In this document: positions 26,814 to 35,759 of the stretch, in pieces
How positions within the stretch are numbered: position 1 is the stretch's first letter
How the letters are laid out: each line of letters begins with the position of its first letter
Assembly: GCA_034413595.1 (NCBI GenBank)
Contig: DAOUMC010000030.1
Coordinates: 19,606-83,605, forward strand
Reading direction: 5' to 3'
Length of the DNA stretch: 64,000 nucleotides
Source: Dehalococcoidales bacterium
Lineage (GTDB): Bacteria; Chloroflexota; Dehalococcoidia; Dehalococcoidales; JAUWZL01
The notes under the pieces: model-generated
The model's database searches: none
The model's input: the letters and a program-made list of their open reading frames with translations, nothing else
What the model was told of the DNA's origin: nothing
Made by a program: the position numbers and the translations under genes

Positions 26814-28058
26814 TTATTCAACCCTCCCCTGGAGTGCCCAGGGGCTTGTCTTCTTAATCCTGACCTTTACCAGCCGCCCGGTCAGGTCGCCGTCCTGGTC
26901 AAAGAATACCAGTTTACCACTCCGGCTTCTACCCTGCCACCTGCCCTTCTTTTTACCCTCTACAAGGACTTCAAGCGTCCTGCCAAGGAGCTGGCCGTTT
27001 ATCTCAGTGGCGATTTTCTCCTGAAGCTGCTCAACGATAGCCAGCCTTTTTCTCTTCTCATCGGCCGGGACATTGTCTTTGTATTCTTTTGCGGCGATGG
27101 TCCCTGGCCTGGGGGAATAAGCGGCAACATGAACGGCGTCAAACCTCAGCTCGCCAAGCAGGCTGGCCGTGGCTTGAAACTGCTCCCGGCTCTCTCCGGG
27201 AAAGCCGACGATGACATCGGTGCTCAGGGCAATCCCCGGCACACGGCTGTGTATCCGGTCAACGAGCCGGCGGTAGTACTCTATGGTATAGCCCCGCTTC
27301 ATTTTCTCCAGAATCTCGTCGTCCCCCGACTGGACGGGCAGGTTTATCTGCTCACACACCTTGTCAAGTCCGGCTACGGCGTCAATAAGCTCGTGGCTCA
27401 TGTCCTTAGGGTGGTTGGTCAGGAAGCGTATTCTGGCCAGACCATCTGTGTCATTTAGCTCATGGAGGAGGCGGGCAAGGTCGGGTCTTTCTGGCAGGTC
27501 ATGTCCGTAAGAGTCAACGTTTTGCCCCAGCAGAACTATTTCCTTTGCCCCCTGCCGCGCCAGTTCCCTGGCTTCATCAACGATTTCACCAACCGGCCGG
27601 CTCCTCTCCCGGCCGCGGCGGTAGGGGACGATGCAGTAGGAGCAGAAGTTATCGCAGCCCTGGATGATGGGGATATAGGTGCTGACCTTGGGATGCTTTG
27701 GCAATATACATGCTACCTTGTCTCCCTCCAGCCCCTCCGGCCAGTCTCCAGGCTTGAAGAAATAGTCAACCTGGGGGAAGTTCCTTTTGAGTTGTTCAGT
27801 ATTAGAGTTGACCAGGCAGCCGGTCACCGCCAGTCTGAGCTGAGGGCGTGCTTTTTTTGTCGCCTTCAGAGAGTCCAGCTTGTTGGTAACACGGTTCTCA
27901 GCGCTCTTGCGCACGACGCAACTGTTGAGAACAACAAAGTCAGCCTCAGCGGCGGCTGTGGTCGGCTGATAGCCCATCTTTTGGAAAAGGCTTTCCAGCC
28001 GCTCGGATTCTGCCTTGTTCATCTGGCAGCCTATTGTCCAGATATGATATTTTGGCAT
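26814..28058 (-). CDS. miaB: tRNA-2-methylthio-N6-dimethylallyladenosine synthase
   Basis: [14 protein letters not shown]..., radical [11 protein letters not shown], and a TRAM C-terminus. Confidence 0.9.
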   Translation of the reverse strand: MPKYHIWTIGCQMNKAESERLESLFQKMGYQPTTAAAEADFVVLNSCVVRKSAENRVTNKLDSLKATKKARPQLRLAVTGCLVNSNTEQLKRNFPQVDYFFKPGDWPEGLEGDKVACILPKHPKVSTYIPIIQGCDNFCSYCIVPYRRGRERSRPVGEIVDEARELARQGAKEIVLLGQNVDSYGHDLPERPDLARLLHELNDTDGLARIRFLTNHPKDMSHELIDAVAGLDKVCEQINLPVQSGDDEILEKMKRGYTIEYYRRLVDRIHSRVPGIALSTDVIVGFPGESREQFQATASLLGELRFDAVHVAAYSPRPGTIAAKEYKDNVPADEKRKRLAIVEQLQEKIATEINGQLLGRTLEVLVEGKKKGRWQGRSRSGKLVFFDQDGDLTGRLVKVRIKKTSPWALQGRVE

Positions 28059-28109
28059 GACTTGAAGACCTTCGGAACCGGGTAAATATATACTCGCATA
28101 TTGCTTTCA

Positions 28110-28201
28110 TGGCGGAGGGAGTGGGATTTGAACCCACGACCCCGGTTTTCCAGGGTAAGCGCTTAGCAGGCGCCCGCACTAGACCACTATGCGATCCCTC
28201 C
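28110..28201 (-). tRNA. tRNA-Ser (anticodon GCU), class II with long variable arm, encoded CCA
   Basis: Manual fold: acceptor GGAGGGA/TCCCTCC, D stem CGCA/TGCG, anticodon stem GGCGC/GCGCT with loop CUGCUAA, T arm GTGGG-TTCAAAT-CCCAC, 3' GCCA. Confidence 0.9.
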
Positions 28202-28426
28202 TTTGTTCGACTGCTGGCTTTTTCATCCTTAATATATCATACTAGCACTTCTGGCTCAAAGACTATTTTGGAGGTAATTCATCCTCCCCCATTAACACCC
28301 TCTGCCAAATGAAGGAAAGGGGAAGGTTAAACAATCCAAGGGGCAAGTTTATAAAAGGTGTTGCATTCATCTGGCCTCTTGCGACTTATTTGAGGGTATC
28401 CTGGCGGTGTGTTATGATGGGGAGGC

Positions 28427-28894
28427 ATGGAGATTGATATCCTGTTCGATGAAGGGCTTGAGGGCTGCCTTGATGCTGACTGGCTACAGAATGTAGTCCG
28501 GCTGGTCCTGACCGCTCAGGGGATTGAGACAGGTGCCGAGGTCGGTCTGGTTATCGCCAGCCAGGAAAAGGTCTGGAAGCTGAACAAGGTTTATCTGGGC
28601 AGAGACGAGCCCACTGATGTTCTTGCCTTTGCCATGCTTGGGGAGTCCCCCGAGAAGGAGTTGCTCTTCGCCACTCCGCCGGACGGCATAAAGCGCCTGG
28701 GCGAGGTGCTCATCAGCTACCCACAGGCAGTCAGGCAGGCCGAGGAACACCGGCATTCAGTGGAGAAGGAGGTTGCCGTTCTGATAGTCCACGGTGTCCT
28801 CCACCTGCTGGGCTATGACCATGATGAACCCGAGTCAGCCCGCCGGATGGCGGGCAGGGAGAGGGCCATCCTGAACTGCGTTGAGGGTCAATAG
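28427..28894 (+). CDS. ybeY: rRNA maturation endoribonuclease YbeY
   Basis: HGVLHLLGYDH metal-binding motif, 155 aa. Confidence 0.9.
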   Translation: MEIDILFDEGLEGCLDADWLQNVVRLVLTAQGIETGAEVGLVIASQEKVWKLNKVYLGRDEPTDVLAFAMLGESPEKELLFATPPDGIKRLGEVLISYPQAVRQAEEHRHSVEKEVAVLIVHGVLHLLGYDHDEPESARRMAGRERAILNCVEGQ

Positions 28895-29463
28895 TGAGGG
28901 TGCTGGGCATTGCCGGCAGCCCCAGGCGTGGTGGCAACACCGACCTGCTGCTGGCCGAGGTGCTTCGGGGTGCCCGAAGTAAGAAGGCCGAGGTCAAAAC
29001 CATTATCCTTTGTGCCCTTGATATTGCCCCCTGCCAGCACTGTGATGTCTGCCTCAGGACCGGTGATTGCCAGTTTAATGACGATATGCAGACTGTTTAT
29101 CGGGAGCTTAAAGGGGCAGACCGGATAGTGCTGGCGTCTCCACTATTCTTTACGGGGGTAACCGCCCAGACGAAGGCGATGTTTGACCGCTGTCAGGCGC
29201 TATGGGTTAGAAAATATAAGCTAAATATGCCGCCATTGGGTGACCGGCGGGAGAGGAAAGGGCTTTTTGTCTCCGTTGGTGGGCGTGAGGATGCTTCATT
29301 TCCGCCGGCGATAGCCACGGTAAAGTCCCTTTTCTCCACCCTGGACATAGGCTACTTCGGCCAGTTGGTGTTCTCCGGGATAGATGAGAAGGGGGCCATA
29401 AACAGACACCCCGATGCCTTAAAGCAGGCGTATCTGGCCGGGCAGAGGCTGGTGGCAGATTAA
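28894..29463 (+). CDS. Flavodoxin-like FMN reductase / iron-sulfur flavoprotein family
   Basis: MRVLGIAGSPRRGGNTDLL..., a Cys cluster CQHCDVCLRTGDC, and IVLASPLFF. Confidence 0.75.
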   Translation: MRVLGIAGSPRRGGNTDLLLAEVLRGARSKKAEVKTIILCALDIAPCQHCDVCLRTGDCQFNDDMQTVYRELKGADRIVLASPLFFTGVTAQTKAMFDRCQALWVRKYKLNMPPLGDRRERKGLFVSVGGREDASFPPAIATVKSLFSTLDIGYFGQLVFSGIDEKGAINRHPDALKQAYLAGQRLVAD

Positions 29464-31040
29464 GCCTCCGCTCTGCTTGTCCGGGTGAACAGGGTGACAA
29501 AGGCGGGTAAGAAAGCCCACAGAAAGAGGGTAGGCAGGAGCATGGCTCCCGAGATGTAGAGACCAGGCGGAGCGGCAAACTGGAATATAATCAGTACCTC
29601 GTAGATATTGTAGCCATAGAGTATCTGCACCACCAGATATCCGGCCAGAACCGACATGAGGAACAGCGCCAGGGGGAACACATAGAGGCTAAACTGCCAG
29701 GCTGGTGGCCTCCGGCCGGCCAGCGAAGAACCCAGAAAATGCCTCTTCTTAGTCCGGAACTGCCACCAGGTTCGCAGGGCGTAAGCTATCAAGCCCAGAA
29801 GCAGGATTGAGGTAAACCCCAGAGCGTAGGTGGCCATGGTGTCTATGGTCTTCCAGTGAGCCCACCAGGGTACAGGAGTCGGCTCAAGCTTAAGCCCCAG
29901 GAGCAGGTTAGCAATCCCCGGAGCGATAGTATGCCCGATGGTGCTTGCCTGGCTGTTGGTGAGCACCACCACCCCGAAGTCGTGGCCGGGAATGATAAGC
30001 ATGTCTGTCAGGAAGCTAGGGGTATCACCTCCGTGCCATATGATGGGCACACCCTGCTCGTTCCTGAGGAACAGGCCCATGCCATAGCTCATCTCTTCTT
30101 CATTCTGGTTAAACTGAATCGCCGGAGTCTGCATCTCCTTAATGTCATTTGCCGGGAAGACCTGTCCTTTGTCGGCGTGCCCACTATTAAGCTGGACAAG
30201 GAGCCACTGGGCCATATCCCTGGCGCTGGACATCACCCAGCCCGCCGGCGACATGCTCCTGTAGTAGGGCATACTTCGGGTGACAATGTGACCGAACATG
30301 GGCTGATGTCCGTCTGCCTGTCCGAGGCTGGCTGCTACATCGGGGTAGAGGGTGGTGTGGCCCAAGTCCAGCGGGGTAAACACGTTTTGCTGCATGTAGT
30401 CCTCAAAGGACATTCCGGTTACCTTCTCAATCAGCGCCCCCAGAATGGTATAGTTCATGTTGGCGTACTCAAAAGAAGACCCCGGCTCCCGGTCTAAATG
30501 GACGTGGTCTATGGCAGTCAGCATTTTCTCCATGGCGTCGCTGCCCTGATAGTAGAGCAGGGGCTCGGCAAAGCTCCCCGGCAGTCCGCTGCTCTGGTCA
30601 AGCAACTGACGTACCGTGATTAGCGACGCCTGCGGGTCTGGCAGCTTGAATTCGGGCAGGTATTGCTGGACGGGAGTATCCAGGTCGATCAAGCCTTTAT
30701 CATTCAGAAGCAGCACACCCAGAGCGGTAAAAGACTTGCTTATTGACGCCAGCTCAAAAACGGTCTCAGGAGTTACCGGGGAAGGTGTCTTCAGGCTGGT
30801 AACGCCATAACCTTTTAGGTACAGGACCTCGTTGCCCTGGACCACGGCCACTGCCACGCCGGGTATGTCCCCGTCCTTCATCTGTTGCTGTACAAACTCA
30901 TCAATCTCAGAGAAGGAAGTCGATAACTTTGTAATTAGCGCCTCTTGGCCTATTGTGGTAGTTTGGCCGCATCCATTGAAGGTTAAAATAGAAAGGCAGG
31001 CGGCAATCAACGGGAAGATTACTATTACGCTTTTAAACAT
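29460..31040 (-). CDS. Serine hydrolase (beta-lactamase/PBP4*-like) with C-terminal multi-TM domain
   Basis: SxxK motif ASISKSFTA, an N-terminal signal/lipobox-like FNGC, and four hydrophobic helices at the C-terminus. Confidence 0.8.
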   Translation of the reverse strand: MFKSVIVIFPLIAACLSILTFNGCGQTTTIGQEALITKLSTSFSEIDEFVQQQMKDGDIPGVAVAVVQGNEVLYLKGYGVTSLKTPSPVTPETVFELASISKSFTALGVLLLNDKGLIDLDTPVQQYLPEFKLPDPQASLITVRQLLDQSSGLPGSFAEPLLYYQGSDAMEKMLTAIDHVHLDREPGSSFEYANMNYTILGALIEKVTGMSFEDYMQQNVFTPLDLGHTTLYPDVAASLGQADGHQPMFGHIVTRSMPYYRSMSPAGWVMSSARDMAQWLLVQLNSGHADKGQVFPANDIKEMQTPAIQFNQNEEEMSYGMGLFLRNEQGVPIIWHGGDTPSFLTDMLIIPGHDFGVVVLTNSQASTIGHTIAPGIANLLLGLKLEPTPVPWWAHWKTIDTMATYALGFTSILLLGLIAYALRTWWQFRTKKRHFLGSSLAGRRPPAWQFSLYVFPLALFLMSVLAGYLVVQILYGYNIYEVLIIFQFAAPPGLYISGAMLLPTLFLWAFLPAFVTLFTRTSRAEA

Positions 31041-31043
31041 TTT

Positions 31044-31988
31044 TTACATGCTCTCATCTGATTCTTTGGTGCGGGCGATACCTATAAGGCTGGTTATGTC
31101 CTCAATCCCCTCCTGAGTCATATACTTCTCTACCCCCTCCAGAATTTCGATGGGGGCGCTTGGGTTGACAAGACCGGCGGTACCCACCTGGACGGCACTG
31201 GCCCCGGCCATAATGAACTCCAGGGCGTCCGAAGCGCTGGTGATGCCGCCGCAGCCAACAACGGGCAGGTCTATAGCCCGGGCTACCTCGTACACCATGC
31301 TGAGGGCTATCGGTTTGATGGCCGGCCCGGACAGACCTCCGGTTATGCTGCCCAGCAGAGGCCGCCGTCTATTTGTGTCTATCGCCATGCCTTTTATGGT
31401 ATTTATCAATGATACGGTATCGGCGCCGGCATCAGCTACGGCCATGGCTATCTCGGCTATGTCGCCGGTGTTAGGGGTCAACTTGACCATCACTGGAAGG
31501 CCGGTAGCCTGCCTGACGGCAGAGGTTACCCCGGCGGCTGACCTGGCGTCGGCCCCAAACTCGGCACCGCCGGACTTTATATTAGGGCAGCTTATGTTGA
31601 CTTCAAGGGCACTGATACCGGCCACTTTGTCCAGAGCCCGGGCCATTCTGGCATAGTCGTCCACGGTCTCGCCGGCGATATTAACGATGACCGGCACCCG
31701 CCAGTTAGCCCATACGGGCGCCTTCTCCTTAACAAGTGCCTTAAGGCCGATGTTCTGTAGCCCGATGGAGTTGAGCAGACCACAGGCGGTCTCAACCAGT
31801 CTGGGCTGAGCATTACCGTTTTTGGGCTCAGGGGTAGTCCCCTTGCAGACGATAGCCCCCAGCCTCTGAATATCAAAGAGGTGACTGTACTCGGTGCCAT
31901 AGCCGAAGGTGCCCGAAGCGGTCATAACCGGGTTGGCCAGGAGCAGCCCCCGTTCATTCTTTGGTGCCAGCTGAACAGACAGGTTCAC
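31044..31988 (-). CDS. pyrD: Dihydroorotate dehydrogenase, class 1 catalytic subunit
   Basis: NPVMTASGTFGYG...NISCPN...GGI. GTG start. No pyrK in the window. Confidence 0.9.
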   Translation of the reverse strand: MNLSVQLAPKNERGLLLANPVMTASGTFGYGTEYSHLFDIQRLGAIVCKGTTPEPKNGNAQPRLVETACGLLNSIGLQNIGLKALVKEKAPVWANWRVPVIVNIAGETVDDYARMARALDKVAGISALEVNISCPNIKSGGAEFGADARSAAGVTSAVRQATGLPVMVKLTPNTGDIAEIAMAVADAGADTVSLINTIKGMAIDTNRRRPLLGSITGGLSGPAIKPIALSMVYEVARAIDLPVVGCGGITSASDALEFIMAGASAVQVGTAGLVNPSAPIEILEGVEKYMTQEGIEDITSLIGIARTKESDESM

Positions 31989-32099
31989 CGTTGTCCTTCC
32001 TCTACCTCCGGATAAAGCTAATTATATGCCTTAAGTACCCGGGACACAACAGAACCCAGGCCAGCACGGGCAAATTAAATATTTTAATCTAAAGGGGTA

Positions 32100-32128
32100 T
32101 TGATTAAATGGCATAAATAGGCTACACT
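32100..32128 (+). promoter_or_regulatory. Candidate promoter about 220 nt upstream of the dksA-like gene
   Basis: TTGATT (32100-32105), 17-nt spacer, TACACT (32123-32128). Confidence 0.35.
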
Positions 32129-32353
32129 TAGTATGTGACCAGTCTTGTGCCGTCGTTTATCTCTGGGCTCCTTCGTGGGCGAGGCAGTGCTCACAGGCAG
32201 TGCCTGGTAGATGGTGTGCTGGTTGCCCGAGTGACGCCGGTGCCACTGGACTAATTTGTCAACACCCTTCGCTATCTCTCAAGCAAAACCAAACTAGCTT
32301 TTGATATAGTTTTAAGAGGATGTTAGGTAGTTAAGTGGACGGAGGGAAAAGAA

Positions 32354-32725
32354 GTGACAGCTGCTAATCTTAAGATTGTCCGCCTTCGTTTGGAAAATGA
32401 CCGCAAGCGCTTGTTGGAACAACTGGAACAGCTAAAAGCCAGCCGCCCGACAGGGGATGAAAGGCGAGAGGGCAGCCCCTTCGGCAAGAGAGAGGAAGAG
32501 GCTACTGAGACCGCCGAGCTTGAGAACCGGATGGCTCTGGAGAAACGCATATTAGACCAGCTGGCTGAGGTGGAGAACGCTCTGAAGAAGTTTGACGAAG
32601 GAACCTATGGTTTGTGTGAAGTCTGTGGCCAACCCATACCTCCCGCCCGGCTGGAAGCGCTGCCTCAGGCTAGACTATGCATGACCTGCAAGGCCAAGCA
32701 GGCAAGAGATGCAAAGGCTAAATAG
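32354..32725 (+). CDS. TraR/DksA-family C4 zinc-finger protein
   Basis: Coiled-coil N-terminus plus CEVCGQPIPPARLEALPQARLCMTC. GGAGGG Shine-Dalgarno before the GTG. Confidence 0.85.
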   Translation: MTAANLKIVRLRLENDRKRLLEQLEQLKASRPTGDERREGSPFGKREEEATETAELENRMALEKRILDQLAEVENALKKFDEGTYGLCEVCGQPIPPARLEALPQARLCMTCKAKQARDAKAK

Positions 32726-33230
32726 CCTGCTGTATATGTTCTGGCGGCGGGCGGCGGTCCTGTTTCTTACTGTTCTAGTTGTGTTACCTGCTGACCAGCT
32801 CAGCAAGCTGTGGATAAAGACTAATCTTACCATCGGGGAATCGCTGCCAGAGACCGGGTTTTTTCGCCTGACAAATATCCGCAATAGTGGCGCCTCCTTC
32901 GGCCTGTTCCAGGGGCACACCCTTCCGCTGATTGTAATCTCCATAATTGGTGCCAGCCTCATACTTTTCCTAACCTTTTTCATACCTGCCAGGTTCTACG
33001 TCTTAAACAGTCGGCTTGGCAAACTATCCCTGGGGCTTATTTTTAGCGGTGCCGTGGGTAACCTGATTGACCGCATCGGTTATGGTTATGTCACCGATTT
33101 TATCGCCGTTGGTGTCTGGCCGCCTTTTAATGTCGCCGACTCGGCGACGGTGGTTGGCGCTGTTCTTCTCGCTTATCTGGTCCTCCAGCTTGCCATAAAT
33201 GATAGACGCCCGGATGAACAAAAAGTTTAG
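32709..33230 (+). CDS. lspA: Lipoprotein signal peptidase II
   Basis: NSGASFG...GNLIDR...VTDFI...FNVAD motifs. Confidence 0.9.
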   Translation: MQRLNSLLYMFWRRAAVLFLTVLVVLPADQLSKLWIKTNLTIGESLPETGFFRLTNIRNSGASFGLFQGHTLPLIVISIIGASLILFLTFFIPARFYVLNSRLGKLSLGLIFSGAVGNLIDRIGYGYVTDFIAVGVWPPFNVADSATVVGAVLLAYLVLQLAINDRRPDEQKV

Positions 33231-34110
33231 CCTGGTGGCTGATAAGAGCGGGGTGCGGCTTGACCGCTTTGTCAGCGAAAAATGCCCCGGACTTTCCCGG
33301 GCATTTGCCCAGAAGCTCATCGCCGATGGACACGTAACCGTCAATGGCCGGTCGGCGAAATCGGGTTTGAGACTTGCTGCCGGCGACAGGGTGGCCGTTG
33401 TCATACCACCGCCCGAGCCCAGCCCCCTGAAAGCCGAGGATATTCCTCTGAAGATTCTCTATGAAGACGAAGACCTGCTGGTCGTGGACAAGCCCGCCGG
33501 GATGACCACCCACCCGGCCCCGGGACACCCGGCTCACACGCTGGTTAATGCTATCCTGGCCCATTTCCCTGCCCTGCCGGTTGATACTGACCTGGCGCGG
33601 CCAGGCATCGTCCATCGCCTTGACAAGGATACCTCGGGTTTGATGCTGGTGGCTAAGAACCGGACAGCCCTTAATAACCTGGCAGGTCAGTTCAAGACTC
33701 GGGCCGTGGGCAAGACCTACCTGGTGCTGGTCAGGGGGAGGCTCTCTCCCGAAACCGGCATTATTGAGGCCCCCATCGGGCGTGACCCGGCCCGCAGAAA
33801 GAGAATGGCGGTGGTGGCCAAGGGGCGGGAGGCCCGTACCGAGTACCGTGTTATCAGGCATATAAATGGTTATTCACTGCTTGAGGTCAGACCGGAGACC
33901 GGCCGTACCCACCAGATACGGGTCCACCTATCGGCCATCGGCTATCCCGTGGTCGGCGATGCCACCTACGGAGCAAAGTCACCCTTCTTGTCCCGCCAGT
34001 TTGTCCATGCCCACCGCCTTCACTTCAGGCTGCCGTCCACCGGAGAATACGTGGAGTTCACCTCTGAGATGCCGCCAGACTTAGACCAGGCATTAAAAAA
34101 TATAGCCTAG
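33199..34110 (+). CDS. rluD: RluA-family 23S rRNA pseudouridine synthase (RluD-like)
   Basis: S4 domain plus HRLDKDTSGLMLVAK catalytic motif. Start may be ATG 33214. Confidence 0.9.
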   Translation: MIDARMNKKFSLVADKSGVRLDRFVSEKCPGLSRAFAQKLIADGHVTVNGRSAKSGLRLAAGDRVAVVIPPPEPSPLKAEDIPLKILYEDEDLLVVDKPAGMTTHPAPGHPAHTLVNAILAHFPALPVDTDLARPGIVHRLDKDTSGLMLVAKNRTALNNLAGQFKTRAVGKTYLVLVRGRLSPETGIIEAPIGRDPARRKRMAVVAKGREARTEYRVIRHINGYSLLEVRPETGRTHQIRVHLSAIGYPVVGDATYGAKSPFLSRQFVHAHRLHFRLPSTGEYVEFTSEMPPDLDQALKNIA

Positions 34111-34142
34111 ATTCCATGAACCCCTATCCCCTTTCCTTAATT

Positions 34143-34252
34143 GTCATTCTGAGGAGCCCTTCGGTTAACTCAGGGCGGCGAAGAATCTCGGTGGGGCTGG
34201 CGTGCACAGGTAAAACCACCGCCCCGAGACCCTTCGCTACGCTCAGGGTGAC
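34143..34252. repeat. MITE-like nested inverted-repeat element, copy A (110 bp)
   Basis: GTCATTCTGAG...CGAAGAATCTCGGTGGGG...CCCCGAGACCCTTCG...CTCAGGGTGAC. The reverse complement matches copy B (51107-51225) in four conserved blocks with variable loops. Confidence 0.8.
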
Positions 34253-34344
34253 ATAAAGGAATTGGGGGTGAGGTTCATAAGAAAATAGCCTAGAATGTTG
34301 CTGGCTTGGGTGGTAGAATATGATAACCTTACCGTGCCGGAGGA

Positions 34345-34863
34345 GTGTTGCAGCAGAAATCAGAAGGCATCGCCCTTGAGTTCGCCGGCTTCTGGAGGAG
34401 GCTGGGCGCCTATCTCATCGACTTTATTGCCTTATCCGTTTTGTGCTCAATGTTTGCTCCTTTTCAGTGGTTTGGCTTTGCCGCCTTCTGGAATGTTGAT
34501 AACATTTTTGGTAGCAATATGTGGTTTGCCCTTCCTTACCTGGTCTTCGGCAACCTGCTGTCGCTGCTGGTGGGGATAGCCTACTTCGTCGGCTTCTGGG
34601 TGTGGCGGGGTCAAACGCCGGGCAAGATAGCTCTGGGGATGAAAGTGATGCACACCGATGGCTCTAAATTGACCATAGGCGACGCCCTCCTCAGATACCT
34701 GGGCTACTTTGTCTCAGCGGCCACTTTATTTATCGGCTTTATCTGGATTGCCTTTGACAGCCGAAAACAGGGGCTGCATGACAAGATGGCCGATACCTGT
34801 GTGGTCAAGATACCCCAGGCGCCGGTCACCATAACCAGCCCCAAACCCACCGCCAGTTGTTGA
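34345..34863 (+). CDS. RDD-family membrane protein
   Basis: AGFWRRLGAYLIDFI...WRGQTPGKIALGMKV...QGLHDKMADTCVV. Confidence 0.85.
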   Translation: MLQQKSEGIALEFAGFWRRLGAYLIDFIALSVLCSMFAPFQWFGFAAFWNVDNIFGSNMWFALPYLVFGNLLSLLVGIAYFVGFWVWRGQTPGKIALGMKVMHTDGSKLTIGDALLRYLGYFVSAATLFIGFIWIAFDSRKQGLHDKMADTCVVKIPQAPVTITSPKPTASC

Positions 34864-34877
34864 AGAAGGAGTGTGAC

Positions 34878-35756
34878 ATGAAAGAATTATGGAGCAAGGA
34901 ACAAGAAACTAAGTTCTTTACTGAGGCTAGGAAGTTCGCTACGCCGGCACAGTTATTTTATTTAGGTGCAGATAATAGGTATTATGCATATTGGCCTAAG
35001 AGTTACGGTGGTGCTAAAAGCACGCTGCAAGCCAGAAATACCCTAATAGGGAATTATACTGAGAAATGGACTGCTGATTTGTTGAGTGAATTTGCCAGTA
35101 GCCGAGGGTGGCATGCTGTAAAAGGCGCAGTATGCAGTGAGATAGGTTTAAGTGATATGTCACCCGCTGACGTGGCTATTTGTAAGACTGAAAATATCAA
35201 TCAAAAGCCGGAAGACATCTTCCTAATTATAGAAGTCAAGATGTCTGTCGTGTGGAACTGGGAATTGATAATTGAGTCCAATGGCGAAAGGCTAGTTTGC
35301 CTCGGAGACTATAGAACACACCAAGGCAACCCAGGCCTTTTGAGATCTGACACTATGTTGAAAGCTGCGGGAAAAAGCATAAACATAAGAGTCTCAGGCC
35401 TTAGGGCTTCCAAAATTCCAATAATAGTCTTGGGGAATACGCCGATTACTAAATACTATTATCATAAGGCGGATTATTTGCAGAGAAGCGGCATTATCCA
35501 GGGGTTCTGGTCTATTAATCCCTGTCCGCTAGATGATGATGGGGAGAATATCAAAACTACTGAAGGATTGGGGTTTTATCGTTTTGATACTTACGAGGAG
35601 CTTTTAGGCAAGCTAGACGAGCTATTTAGCGAAGAGAGGGAATTTTTCTCAAGTATGAGAACAAAAGGTGAATTGGGTAAATTTATTGAAATAGCTAATA
35701 GGGAAAGAACTTATGAAGAAAAGGCGGAGAAATTCTTAACGTTGATAAGAGAGTGA
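34878..35756 (+). CDS. Putative type II restriction endonuclease (PD-(D/E)xK candidate)
   Basis: AT-rich (35041-35100 is 23/60 G+C) and immediately upstream of the MTase. SPADVAI...(x20)...LIIEVK is a candidate catalytic motif. GAAGGAG lies 7 nt before ATG 34878. Confidence 0.6.
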   Translation: MKELWSKEQETKFFTEARKFATPAQLFYLGADNRYYAYWPKSYGGAKSTLQARNTLIGNYTEKWTADLLSEFASSRGWHAVKGAVCSEIGLSDMSPADVAICKTENINQKPEDIFLIIEVKMSVVWNWELIIESNGERLVCLGDYRTHQGNPGLLRSDTMLKAAGKSINIRVSGLRASKIPIIVLGNTPITKYYYHKADYLQRSGIIQGFWSINPCPLDDDGENIKTTEGLGFYRFDTYEELLGKLDELFSEEREFFSSMRTKGELGKFIEIANRERTYEEKAEKFLTLIRE

Positions 35757-35759
35757 GTA

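Noticed and set aside
28109-28312. 67-aa ORF (+) and 77-aa ORF (-) around 28000-28300
   Set aside because: They overlap the tRNA-Ser gene, which folds into a complete cloverleaf. There is no coding evidence.
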